Source: Octopus sinensis (taxonomy: Eukaryota). Taken from it: 64,000 nt of DNA. Numbering within the stretch: the stretch's first letter is position 1; each line of letters starts with the position of its first letter. The position numbers and the translations under genes were made by a program. The stretch spans positions 2,604,001 to 2,668,000 of the forward strand of contig NC_042999.1 of NCBI RefSeq assembly GCF_006345805.1, written 5' to 3'. Below are positions 24,010-36,191 of this stretch, one piece after another. The notes under the pieces are model-generated. The model was not told where the DNA came from and did no database searches. It worked only from the letters and a program-made list of their open reading frames with translations.

Positions 24010-24225
24010 AGGCAGCAAGGTGGCAGAAACGGTAGCACACCTGGTGATATGCTTTGCAGTATTTCATCTGTCTACATGTTCTGAGTTCAAATTCTGCCAA
24101 GGTCGACTTTGCCTTTCATCCTTTTGTGGTTAATAAATTATGTACCAGTTGCATACTGGGGTGCATATAATCAACTGGCCTCCCCTTCCCAGATATTTTG
24201 GGCCTTGTGCCTAGAGTAGAAAAGA
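24010..24225 (+). mobile_element. SINE family B (variant tail)
   Basis: GGTGGCAGAA...GAGTTCAAATTCTGCC...GGCCTTGTGCCTAGAGTAGAAAAG. Confidence 0.8.
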
Positions 24226-24789
24226 TAGTTGCATGTTGATTGTTTTTAAGGTGATCGATTAGAAATGGCATGGATGGAATGATAAGGGAGAGAAAGAGAG
24301 ACAGAGACAGAGAGGAGCTTATAGGAGAGGGGCTTATAGATGTCTGAGAGTAATGGGCTAAAGAGATTAATGAGAAGATACGATGTTTGAAGAGAAAGTA
24401 ATTGAGAAGGAGACTGATAAATGTCAATTATGTGAGCAATAGAGAAGGGATTAATATGAGAGAGTGATGGATAGCTATAAAGATGGGTTTTAGTAAGGGT
24501 TAATGAATAAAGACAGACTGAATGCAATGCTTATCCCTCATCATATAGCTGGCGTGATGGGAGAGAGATGGAGAAATAGCAGGGAGACACAATAACGGTA
24601 AAAGGGGCGTGATAGAATAGAGGGTAAGAAAGAGGGGACATGAATGCCATATAGACAGTTATATAAATAAACATAAGGATTGGAAGAGATTAAATGTATT
24701 TATCTTACGTTCTTGTCATTACCAATAGCTCTGTATTCATTTTCTTGTCTGTTATTTCATATTTGAATGAGACGAGCAGATTTCTGGGG

Positions 24790-25830
24790 GGTTTTTTTGG
24801 GTTTTTTTCAGTACAGGAATTCATCACAAGATGCTGCCCTTTTGTCATCTCCTTTGTCAGGGTGAACCACCTCAAAATCAATTTCCACATTCCATTGCAT
24901 CTTGCAGTATTCTTCATTTACAAGTTGTTCCTGCCCAGAGCTTTTAGCAGTTCTTTATATAAACAACATCCAGGGCTGACCCTCGGAATGCTGGCGGGTC
25001 AGGCAAGTTGTACTTCAATGTGTACAAGCTGACAGTCATGGAAATTTTCTTGTCTTTGTCATGCCCTCCTTGGCACTCCCTAGCACATGGACATTATGAA
25101 AGAAGCCTGAGAGGCGGTTGGATGGAACTTACACTCTCCTCCTTATGAGAGCTCAAAATTTCTCGTGGAAGCGTCATCCAACCAAAGTACAAATATATGG
25201 GAAACTACCACCTGTGTCATCTCTTGTGAAAGGTAGAAGAGTCCAGTTTGCTGGACATTGTTGTAGAGCTGAAAACGAGGTAATTTCCACTCTTCTCCTC
25301 TGGAAGCCATCTGCTCGCGATACCAGAGGGCGCACACTCTCCTACCCTGATGTAATCTCCAGGGATACAGGCATCCAGCAACAGGGCCTCCATAATGCTA
25401 TGATGGACCGTGAAGTTTGGCGTAACATAGTAAATTCCATTGTCTCGACCACGGTCGAACAATGATGATGATGATGCCCAAGTTGCCGGTACCTTGAGCC
25501 GACCCTGACAACATCCTTTATTTGCATCACATGTCCATACCTGTACACTTTTCTTTCTTACACACTATTCACAGATTTTATCTCAGCTCATTTGAGCTCC
25601 AGCATTTGTACACTATTCCATTACATTTCCTAACGGTCCCTGCTCTAATTCCTTATCAAATTTCACAAGTCCTATGCATTCAAATCCAACATTTGTTACA
25701 ATACAGCACTACTACATACCACTCATACGTAACATGCAATCTGCTCATTACTCCAAGAGATAAACGTTTTGTTGCCTGAAATGCTTTGAGGTTTTTCCTA
25801 GCCTTTCGCATTTTGGCTACCATGCTTTCA
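24790..25830 (-). pseudogene. Highly degraded RTE ORF2 C-terminal remnants
   Basis: Minus frames give GYSESMVAKMR..ATKRLSLGV, YGHVMQ and TLTKEMTK, matching the RTE C-terminus at 41030-41550. Confidence 0.55.
25085..25480 (+). mobile_element. 5'-truncated RTE/RTEX-like LINE 3' end with (ATG)n tail
   Basis: TWTL..ERRLDGTYT..RRVQFAGHC..LLLWKP..RGR..YPDVISRDTG..DREVW, stop, then (ATG)n. Confidence 0.75.
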
Positions 25831-25847
25831 GAATACCCTGCTTTAAT

Positions 25848-26271
25848 ACTCTCTCTTTTGCTCTTTTACTCTTTTACTTGTTTCAGTCATTTGACTGTGG
25901 CCATGCTGGAGCACCGCCTTTTAGTCGAGCAAATCGACCCCGGGACTTATTCTTTGTAAGTCCAGTACTTATTCCATTGGTCTCTTTTGCTGAACCGCTA
26001 GGTGACGGGGACATAAACACACCAGCATCGGTTGTCAAGCAATGCTAGGGGGACAAACACAGACACACAAACATACATGCACACACATATATATATATAC
26101 ATATATACGACGGGCTTCTTTCAGTTTCCATCTACCAAATCCAAACACAAGGCTTTGGTCGGCCAGAGGCTATAGTAGAAGACACTTGCCCAAGGTGCCA
26201 CGCAGTGGGACTGAACCCGGAACCATGTGGTTGGTAAACAAGTTACTTACCACACAGCCACTCCTGCGCCT
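25848..26271 (-). mobile_element. SINE family A, full length
   Basis: Reverse complement of the family A sequence. Confidence 0.9.
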
Positions 26272-26302
26272 ACTGATTACATTAAGTAAATACAAGAATT
26301 AA

Positions 26303-26680
26303 GGTGGCAAGCTGGCAGAATTAGTAGCGCACTGGATGAAATGCTTAGTGGTATTTTGTTCTGAGTTCAAATTCCGCTGAGGTTGACTTTGCCTTTCATC
26401 CTTTCGGGGTCAATTAAATAAGTACCAGTTATGCACTGGGGTGGATATAATCGACTTAATCTGTTTGTCTATCCTTGTTTGTCCCCTCTGTGTTTAGCTC
26501 CTTGTGGGCAATAAAGAAATTGGTATTTCACCCATTGCTACATTCTGAGTTCAAATTCCACTGATGTAGACCTTACCTTTCATCCTTTCGGGGGTCGATA
26601 AAATAAGTACCAGTAGAACACTGGGGTCGATGTAATCGATTCATCCCCTCCTCCAAAACTGCTGCCCTTGTGGCAAAATT
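26303..26680 (+). mobile_element. SINE family B followed by a second partial B copy
   Basis: Two successive GAGTTCAAATTCC...CATCCTTTCGGGGTC units. Confidence 0.8.
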
Positions 26681-26758
26681 TGAAAGTTATGTAGATATGA
26701 GAAGCTGTTAATTGCTATGAAATTATTTGTGTATTTGAAAAAATATATATTCATATGT

Positions 26759-27162
26759 AGGCGCAGAAGTGGCTGTGTGGTAAGTAGCTTGCTTACAAAC
26801 CACATGGTTCTTAGTTCAATCCCACTACATAGCACTTTGGGCAAGTATCTTCTACTATAACCTCGGGCCGACCAAAGCCTTGTGAGTGGATTTGGTAGAG
26901 GAAACTCAAAGAAGCCTATCGTATATATACATATGTATGTATATGTATATATGTTTGTGTGTCTGTGTTTGTCTCCCCAACATCGCTTGACAAACGAAGC
27001 TGGTGTGTTTACATCCCCTTAACTTAGCGGTTCGGCAAAAGAGCCAGATAGAATAAGTACTAGACTTACAAAGAATAAGTCCTGTGGTCAATTTGCCCAA
27101 CTAAAGGCAGTGCTCCAGCATGGCCACAGTCAAATGACTGAAACAAGTAAAAGAGTAAAAGA
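26759..27162 (+). mobile_element. SINE family A, full length
   Basis: Colinear with 8385-8802. Confidence 0.9.
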
Positions 27163-27806
27163 CATGTAGCCATATTGCTAATTATTTTTGAGCATTTACT
27201 ACACATGAAGCTAACCTTCCTGACCAATTTGTCTCCAGTGCCAATATGCCTCTTTTACATTTACAGTCTATGAAGGATAATGCATGGAATTTTTACCACT
27301 TGTTACTTAATAACACAACATTCTGAAGTAACCCAAAATATCCTGAACAAGAAAATAATGGCTAAATTGACTTGATGTTATACAAATTGTTTTCTTGCCA
27401 GATATTGACAGACAAGATGAAACTGTTTGTCACTTCCAACTGACACCGTATTATTTTATCAATAATTAATTAAATTAGATAATTCGTTAATGTTACATAA
27501 AACGGAATCCAAGAAGACTGGTTGTGGGGTGGGTCGGTTAGATTTGCATTATTTGGAAAAAGCAATGGAACGAATGCAATGAAAATGTCACCATAAAAAG
27601 CAAAGTACCCAGTATTTCAGACTGAGGTCTTCTGCAGGAAATTGAAGGAACAACTTGCAGACTCCAAGCCTTGGCACCGACAGATTAAAATGATTGTTTT
27701 TCTTTCCACTCTTTTATTTTTCTTTTCCTTCATCAATGCCACTTTTATCCTTCGGCACTTTTTCACGTTAATTTCTTCCTCCCTCCATCTTTGCATTTCT
27801 CTTTTC

Positions 27807-27814
27807 TCGGCAGT

Positions 27815-27854
<40 letters not shown>

Positions 27855-27884
27855 GGCCCCTGTGCAAGGATGACATGCAAATTC
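27807..27884 (+). pseudogene. U6: U6 snRNA-derived fragment truncated at both ends
   Basis: TCGGCAGTACATATACTAAAATTGGAACGATACAGAGAAGATTAGCATGGCCCCTGTGCAAGGATGACATGCAAATTC matches U6 nt ~10-88, including ACAGAGA and AGC; it lacks the first ~9 nt and the 3' GTGAAGCGTTCC..TTTT. Confidence 0.95.
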
Positions 27885-28654
27885 TTCCTTTCTCACCTAG
27901 TTTCTCCCTCCTGCATCTTCCTGTCTGTATATGCAAGCTCAGGTTGCCTTTCATTTCCATCATTAGCTGCCAGTCATTCAAACAAAATTCTAATCTATTC
28001 TATCTTTCTCCCTTCACATCATAACCCAAAGGAAGAAATCTTCCTGAAACATTGGCTACTTCAAACCCCCGGCAATTCCACTGAACTAATTCTATCACCT
28101 TTCCCAAATAATACTTGATACTATTTGAAAATATACAATTTATAAAGTAATTTAAAAAAGATTTCTAAACCAAGACTTGTCTTCCATTTATGAATTACCA
28201 TAAACAGATTTACTAAATTGGATTCATTTCTTCTCTATTAAATGTTTCATATTTTTGCAAACAAGTATCTCAACAATAGATATGAATATTGTTTACCATC
28301 AGGTGCCACTCAGACGAAGCGATGTGTCTTCGATTGCCTTTGAAGTTTGAGGTGAATTATTGAAGATTTCACGTCTGCCCTTTGGCATTAGCAATGAACA
28401 ACCTATTTACCAAAGAACAATAGATTTATTAAAAGTAATCATCTTAGTCGTATTTACTTGTTGAGGCCTCATTTGAACATTAATATGGCAAAACAACACT
28501 GTAGTAACAAAACCGTTCCAAAGATAAAATCCAGAAATTCAAAATATAACCAGACTCCAACAATAAGTAAATGTCACAATCAAATACTTGTCACTTTGGT
28601 TGTTGTGTGGTTTTGGTTGGTCTGTGGTGATGAGTGATTGAGTTGATAAATGAA

Positions 28655-28865
28655 AGGTGACGAGCTGGCTGAATCGTTAGCACGCCGGGCGAAATTCGTC
28701 TGCCGTTACGTTCTGAGTTCAAATTCCGCCGAGGTCGACTTTGCCTTTCATCCTTTCGGGGTCGTTAAATTAAGTACCAGTTATGCACTGGGGTCGATGT
28801 AATCCGTTTGTTTGTCTTTGTTTGTCCCCTCTATGTTTAGCCCCTTGTGGGTAGTAAAGAAACAG
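28655..28865 (+). mobile_element. SINE family B
   Basis: Near-consensus copy of the 11246-11477 family. Confidence 0.9.
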
Positions 28866-29211
28866 ATAAATGAAAATGTGTTTTTTTTTTGGATTGGGTG
28901 AAGAAGTAACTAAACAACAGCTGCCAATATTTAACAGAAGATTTTATTATTGCACATTGAATCAAAGTGTGTTGGCAGGGGCCTAGCCAGGTTCTACAGT
29001 TAGAGGGAACAGAACGCACAAACAATGGTACCATGACACATACCAAACAACTCATTCACAAGGCTTTGGTCACCCGGAGGTTATATCAGAAGATACTAGT
29101 CCCATGCAGTGGAACTGAACCCAGAACCATGTGGTTGAGAAGCAAACTTTTACCACAGAGTCAGGGTGAAAGTTTGATAACTAGATAGATAGGTGTATAT
29201 ACATATATATA

Positions 29212-29575
29212 TAGGAGTGGCTGTGTGGTAAGTAGCTTGCTTACCAACCACATGGTTCTGGGTTCAATCTATAGCCTTGGGCCAACCAAAGCCTTGTGAG
29301 TGGATTTGGTAGACAGAAACTGAAAGAAGCCTGTCATATATATGTATGTATGTGTGTGTATATGTTTGTGTGTCTGTGTTTGTCCCCCAACATCGCTTGA
29401 CAACCGATGCTGGTGTGTTTACGTCCCTGTAACTTAGCGGTTCGGCAAAAAGAGACCCATAGAATAAGTACTAAGCTTACAAAGAATAAGTCATGGGGTT
29501 GATTTCTTTGACTAAAGGCAGTGCTCCAGCATGGCCACAGTCAAATGACTGAAACAAGTAAAAGAGTAACAGAGA
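29212..29575 (+). mobile_element. SINE family A with internal deletion
   Basis: Head and tail present; lacks the segment after the B-box. Confidence 0.85.
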
Positions 29576-29862
29576 GTGTATATATATATATATATATTTT
29601 GTGAAATAGAAAGATGAATAATCTTGTTGCAGATTAATCAAAAGTTTAACCGATACCTTGGTAGCAAAAGAATGCAATAAAACGATTTCTGTTCAATCTT
29701 CGTTCAACTCCATTTCTTCAATTCACTAATAATATATATATATATATATATATACACAAAGTAAGATGTGTATTTAATAAATAATGTGAAATTGTAATAT
29801 CATAAACGATGATGATGATGATGATGATGATGATCGAAATGAATTTATTTCTCCATTTTCTT

Positions 29863-29968
<106 letters not shown>

Positions 29969-31196
29969 TATGTAGTAGGGTTAATAGACCCTTTTATTTG
30001 AAACTGAAAGTTTACAACCAACAACCACTCGTTTCCTATTTCCTATCCTCAGCAAAATGAGAATTTACCTGACAATCAGAAGCGTGAAACAACCAGTTGT
30101 AACTTGTGATCTTTTAGCTTCAATATAAAAGGAAAAAAAAAAAAAACTACATGAATAATAGCAAGTCTACCTGAAACACATCAGAAACTTATTTTGACAG
30201 AATTATGAGAGAAAAGAAAAATCAAAGAAAAATAAGATGAAATTTCATGTAATGCCAATATATATAATTTGGTGATAGCTATCACGTGTGTACACATTGT
30301 AAAATAAGCAGATAGACACACCGGAACGTGTCAAAGTTCAAACATTCAGTGAAATCGTAGCTTCATTCAATATCATTGATCTAATTTTCTAGATGTGAGT
30401 AAGCATGATACCATTTTCTCAAGGCAAAATATTTATTAGCAGCTAAGAACTGTCCAGATGTGTGAAGAAAGCAGAGAGCGTCAGAAAACCTTTCATCAAC
30501 CATGGAAACTTTTCTGTCATGAAACTGTATGTTCTCCTGCATGTATAAATGGAGTGAAAATGTCAGCAAAGAAAAAAGAATATAAAACAAATATTCCATT
30601 ATTGCTTCAGTCAGCTTTTTCCGAGACACATACCTGCAGTGCAAGAACTTCGAGGCGTATTTTTTCTGCACCTAATATTTCAGAACGTTCGCTCAAATCA
30701 TTGTCGTCTTGAAATAATATCAATAATTTAACTGCTGAACAAAGTTTGCAGCGTAGACTTCAGAGAAAACTCTTATGTACAAACAGTGGAGAGTAATCGA
30801 AGATCGACCATTGAAGTATAAACTTGAATATTTGGCACAGTATCTGTTGAATTGTTCTGCTTAACATATTTATATTCTCCATACAAACATTATCTATTCA
30901 TTCTGCATCTACCATAGAAACATTACCTATTCATTCTGCATCGAGAAATCTGAAGATTCTATAAGAAGAATGAGGTGAATGCGTATACTTTCAACAAAGG
31001 TACCCCCGAAACTCAAGCAGATAACATTCTTATTTCAATGAAGCAATTACCTCTAAAACACAAAGAACTGGTACAGATCTGTTCAACTTACTACAAAACA
31101 TTACCTTTTGGAAAATCCATGTGAACTTTCAAATGTTTTTTTTTTTAAATTAGAATTGAAGAATCCTGAATTTAGTGTAACTTAACAATGTCATCT

Positions 31197-31418
31197 TATT
31201 TCTTTACTGCCCACAAGGGGTTACACACAGAGGGGACAAACAAGGACAGACAAATGGATTAAGTCGATTACATCGACCCCCAGTGCGTAACTGGTACTTA
31301 TTTAATCAACTCTGAAAGGATGAAAGGCAAAGTCGACCTTGGCGGAATTTGAACTCAGAACGTAGCGACAGAGGAAATACCGCCAGGCATTCCGCCCGGC
31401 GTGCTAACTGTTCTGCTT
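31197..31418 (-). mobile_element. SINE family B
   Basis: Reverse complement of family B. Confidence 0.9.
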
Positions 31419-31434
31419 ATATATAACGATGCCA

Positions 31435-31960
31435 TCTCACCCAACATCAGTTAAGTTTTCGACCGTGTTTGGCACCAGAAGTTCTTATTGAAACTTATAC
31501 AGGCTCTGTTTTTCTCTTTTCTCTTCACTGAGAAGCTCCCTATATCAGATCACAATGTTGCAGCTTATGTTGAAGACACTCCTTTTGTACAGCCAAGTTG
31601 GCTATGCTCAAGGGTTTGGTTTTCTACCCTACCTCCATGTCTTCTTTCTGTACAACAATCAGTTACTTGCCATCACGTATAACAACGTCCATCCATATAC
31701 AGATCATATTACCCTCCAATCTTTCCTAACTTTCACCAAACATCCACTACTGACATGCAATCTAAACAGAACATGCCAAACTTGCTTTGATTCCATGAGC
31801 AGAGACCTCAAGATTATCCTCCAATGTGGAATACTAAATTTGTTTCTGAAAAGCACACAAACAACTCAAACATTATTCATATCAGAACATTCGATACAAG
31901 TAGAAAGAATTTAAACTTTTGCCGACTCCTACGAAAAATGAATCCAAGCTAAGCAATCTA
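31435..31960 (+). pseudogene. Degraded LINE RT remnant (CR1/L2/Jockey-like)
   Basis: FDRVWHQKFLLKL resembles the AFDRVWH..LL.KL RT motif; AYVEDT resembles YADDT. Confidence 0.4.
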
Positions 31961-32426
31961 TATTTAATTTCATCCCGTACCTGCTATTCTATCTGCAATT
32001 GATCTGATCTTTTAGTTAACCCTGTTTTATCTTTACTATTATTGTTATGACTTGTATAAGTCAACCTCCTCACGCCTAGTATTCTTTTTATATGTACATA
32101 TAATTCTATAGTTCATCTTAATTATTTATCGTTGTCCCATGTCTTGTGTTAAATATATATTTAATCTTATAGCTTGCCCCTAAATTTTATCGATCAGTCT
32201 CACGCCTCGTAGATATAGAATAAATGTATTTATAATTTATAGCTCTTTATCGCTCACGCTTCTCCCATAGATTAGGCAAAATTTAGGTATTTATACCAAT
32301 AACTATTTCTCAATAACTATTTCTCTCCTAAGAAAGGAATGGCTGCCGGCTTTCGCGGGCCACCCGCCCTCCCACCCCCTCCACTGGTACAGGAAGTCCT
32401 AAATTTTCTCATCCTTGTCTCCCTTG

Positions 32427-32558
32427 TACACTTCAAAGTCTTACGCCACCCTCACCCCCTACCATAAAAGGTAGTGGTCATTCATTGCAAGATACACTTC
32501 AAGTCTTACGCCACCCCCACCTCCTTCCATAAAAGGTAGTGGTCATTCATTGCAAGAT
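32427..32558 (+). repeat. 66-bp tandem duplication upstream of the RTE ORF
   Basis: TACACTTCAAAGTCTTACGCCACC...GGTCATTCATTGCAAGA starts at 32427 and again at 32493. Confidence 0.9.
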
Positions 32559-32607
32559 ATGTTTAGTGTTGTGTACGCGGTTTGAACTTAAGTTCTATTG
32601 TCTGTCT

Positions 32608-34580
32608 ATGAATCCTGCCAAACGCGAGTTTTCTTTTCAGGTCCATGACGCTACTAGGCCCAATACCACCACCACCCACACCCTCAGGGTTGGCACCCTC
32701 AACGTTGGCACACTGAAAGGCAGATCTGGCGAGATCGTTGAATTGCTTGAACGGAGGTGTGTGGATATATGCTGCATTCAAGAAGTGAGGTGGAGAGGAG
32801 GTTCTGCTAGGTTCCTCACAGGCAAAGGACAGAGGTACAAGATTTTCTGGGCTGGGAATACTGACGGGGTCGAGGGTGTGGGCATGCTTATCGCCGAAAA
32901 ATGGGTAGATAAGGTAATCGAGGTAGTCAGAGTATGTGACAGAATAATTAAGATTAGATTAGTGCTCCATCATAGTTTAGCAACTATTATATCGGCCTAT
33001 GCCCCTCAGCCAGGGCTACCTGATGGACAGAAAGACTGTTTCTATGACACCCTACTGCAGACCACATCATTGACGAACGACAGGGACCTTCTCTTTGTGG
33101 CTGGTGACTTCAATGGGCATGTTGGACGATGTGCTGGGGGCTTCCATGGCGTGCATGGAGGCTACGGTTATGGTTCCCGCAACGAGGAGGGAACCAGGCT
33201 GCTGGAGTTCTGCGATGCGAATAGTCTTATGGTTTGCAACACTAACTTCAGGAAACCAACAAGCCACCTGGTCACCTACCGATCGGGCCGGCATACTAGC
33301 CAAATCGACTACATCCTTGCCAGAAAAAGGGAAAGATGGCTGCTTATAAATGCCAAAACCTTCCCAGGCAAAGAATGCACCCCACAACATAGACTGGTAG
33401 TTAGTGACTTTAGGATCAGGACTAAGAGGGCGACTAGAAGACGACCAACATGGAGAAGAAGGGTCTGGAAGCTTAAAGACCCTGCGAATGGACAGAGATT
33501 TAGAGATATGTTATTTGAAGCCTTAGACGAAATGGAAGGGAGTATAGCTACGCATGGGGTAGAAGACAACTGGACACTTCTGAGAGACAACCTGCTGAAA
33601 GCCGCTGACCAGATCTGTGGCTGGTGCAAAGTCCCCTTAAGACCCAAAATAACGTGGTGGTGGAACAATATTGTTGACAGGGCTATTAGACAAAAGAAAC
33701 AGGCTTGGAAGGCCTGGAAGAACGGTGGTAGCAGGGAAGTGTATCAGACTGCCAGAAGGGAAGCCAGGAGACAGGTCTATCTAGCCAGAGGGAGGCAGAT
33801 AAGGAAAAATTTGCCAATGTCCTGCGCCGTGAGGATGAAAGACTGAGGTATTTCGTGTTGCAAGACAGTGTGTGAGAGAGAATCGTGACGTGGTAGGAGA
33901 GAAGTGTGTTCGCAAGGATGACGGTTCACTTGCACTAAATGAGGATGCAAGAGAGAGGCTTGGAGACGCCACTATGAAAGGTTGCTGAATGAAGAAAATG
34001 AATGGGATAAAGAGAGTCTGCCGAATGTCGACCCACACAGAGGGACCAGCAATCCGAGTTAACAGTTCCTTAGTAGATAAGGCAATTAGAAGCATGAAAA
34101 CAGGGAAAGCCCCAGGCCCATCAGGAATTACTGCAGAGATGCTCAAAATATCTGGTGGTGTCGGCTATAGCTTAGTCACCCGTATAGTTAACCAGGTGAT
34201 ACACGAGGGAGTCATACCCAATGACTGGTGTAGCAGCATAATAGTCAACTGCTACAAAGGTAAAGGCGACGCCCTAGATACAATAACTACAGAGGCATCA
34301 ACTGCTGGATCAGGTAATGAAGGTTACGGAGAGGGTTATAGCCCAACTAATTAGAGAGAGTGTTAGCTTAGATGATATGCAGTTTGGGTTCGTGCCAGGG
34401 AAAACTACTGATGCTATATTCCTGGTAGACCTGCGGAGAAATACCTAGCCAAAGACAAGCTCTTGTACCTGGCTTTTGTTGACTTGGAGAAAGCCTTTGA
34501 CGGTTTTCCCCCGTCCTTATCTGGTGGTCAATGAGGAAACTAGGGATAGATGAATGGTTAGTGGAGCTGTGCAAGCCATG
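32608..34580 (+). pseudogene. RTE ORF2, 5' part: APE endonuclease plus N-terminal RT (frameshifted after ~33790)
   Basis: TLNVGTL, IQEVRW, SAYAPQ, GDFNGHVG, QIDYIL, QHRLVV; then KAPGPSGITAEML, QFGFVPG and FVDLEKAFD in shifted frames. Confidence 0.93.
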
Positions 34581-35162
34581 TGTAAGAATTAGCACTTCCT
34601 TCTCAAGCTTGGATTCGAAATCAGACCCAAGAATCATTGGTCGTAAAATACCAATGCACAAAAAGGCGCGAAATCAGAATCTCTTTGTTCTGACAAAAAA
34701 TGATGGATCGTCTCCCTTCGACCTCTGACCCGAGCAGGTCAGGCGAAGTTTAACAGGACGACCAGCGACCTACTGTACGCAATAACACTCTTGCGGTATA
34801 TCTATTTTTCTGGCTATTTGAGATGTTATAAATAGAACGGAGAAATAGGTATCTAGAGAGAACCCGAACCAACGTTTAAGAAACGACACGCATTTATGAG
34901 GACGACGAAAGAATAATCAGAAAGGTGACTCTGTCATGCATGATTTACACAACACACACACACACACCATCAAACATATTCTGCTTTAATGTGTATCCTG
35001 TATTATGCATTCCTTTAATATGTATTATTTGCAACCACTATTTAATATGCATTTTGTACAAGCGATGTGTAACATTGCTTACAAATTGATGTAGTGATAA
35101 TAAATCTTTAATTTATTACAAAGCACTTATGTATTTATTAATACATCCACGCATCCACTACA
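34581..35162 (+). repeat. 5' LTR (582 bp)
   Basis: TGTAAGAATT...CCACTACA; AATAAA at 35099-35104. Confidence 0.97.
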
Positions 35163-35163
35163 T

Positions 35164-35174
35164 TTGTGACCCCG
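35164..35174 (+). promoter_or_regulatory. Primer-binding site, tRNA-Trp-like
   Basis: TTGTGACCCCG, a 10/11 match to TGGTGACCCCG (complement of the tRNA-Trp 3' end), 1 nt after the LTR. Confidence 0.8.
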
Positions 35175-35316
35175 TAAAACGAATCGCGCCTTCCCCGGGA
35201 CCAGCTTCATCAACCGCGTCGAAGAATTACAGTTTGCACATCACCAGCAACGAAGCAACTGAAAATTCCGACGAAAACAATGAATCTCCCGAACAAACCC
35301 AGCGGCCAACATCGAC

Positions 35317-36153
35317 ATGGCATTCCAAGCGGCGATCTCGTTAAAAATTCCACCATTCTGGACCCACGACCCGACATTGTGGTTTCACCATATAGAGGCA
35401 CAGTTTGCCTCTCACAGAATATCGAGCGATGCGGCTCGACTTTCTCACGTTATCAGTTCTCTGTCACCAGAAATAACGAACGTGATACGCGACCTTATCA
35501 TGGCACCACCCGGTTCTGTTTCATATGAAGTTTTTAAAACCACGTTAATAAACAGAACCTCAGAATCCCAACAAAAAAGACTTCACCAGCTTCTGATATC
35601 GGAAGAATTGGGTGACAAAACGCCGTCCCAGCTTCTTCGGAGAATGAAACAGCTTCTCGGAGATGAGACGCTCCCAGAAAAAATCTTCAAGCAACTTTTT
35701 CTCTCCAGCGTCTGCCCTCCAATACCCAGGTTGTTCTCGCGTCCACCAGAGAAAACACATCCCTTGAAGAACTGCGGAGCTAGCTGACAAAATAGCCGAA
35801 GTACCGCACAGATATCCAACGGTATCGACGGTGACGCCAGCCGCTCCCAGTACCAATCCTTTCGTGCACAAACCAGTTCTTCAGAGATTTCGGATTTGCG
35901 TGCATTAATGACGCAGCAAGCTGCGCAAATACAAATTCTCACAGCCCAAATACAAGCCCTAAAGTTTAGTCCCCAGCGTCGAAGCACCAGCCGATCTCGA
36001 CGAGATGGCAGACGGTCTCGAAGCCCCAGTGCTACCCGAAACTCACATGACACGTGTTGGTACCACCGAACATTCGGAACACGGGCACAAAAATGTACGG
36101 TACCGTGCTCGTTTTCCTCACCCAGTTCGGGAAACGGCACAGCCAGGAATTGA
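35317..36153 (+). pseudogene. gag: Gag (three 1-2-bp frameshifts as assembled)
   Basis: LKIPPFW..DPTLWF..IEAQF N-terminus, LGDKTPSQLLRRM, and [18 protein letters not shown] (C-X2-H-X9-C-X3-C). Confidence 0.9.
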
Positions 36154-36191
36154 ACGCGACGGAAGTTCCTGGTTCGCACCCACACAGTCGC
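36129..36191 (+). promoter_or_regulatory. Putative -1 programmed ribosomal frameshift: G GGA AAC plus H-type pseudoknot
   Basis: Heptamer 36129-36135 is in the gag codon register and pol lies in the -1 frame; stem 1 36141-36151/36164-36174, stem 2 36156-36160/36187-36191. Confidence 0.75.

Noticed and set aside
24790-25085. Protein-like minus-strand frame (EQLVNEEYCKMQWNVEIDFEVVHP...) as a host exon
   Set aside because: An overlapping frame gives LTKEMTK and neighbouring frames match the RTE C-terminus, so it is an alternative frame of a LINE fossil.
27542-27884. Functional U6 gene with an upstream octamer (ATTTGCAT at 27542-27549)
   Set aside because: The U6 sequence lacks both ends and a T-run terminator, and there is no TATA element at the expected position; the octamer is probably coincidental.
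36054-36128. Independent start for pol (track ORF 36054-38000 beginning at a TTG)
   Set aside because: The N-terminal part overlaps the gag CHCC knuckle in another frame; access by -1 frameshift at 36129-36135 explains the frame better.
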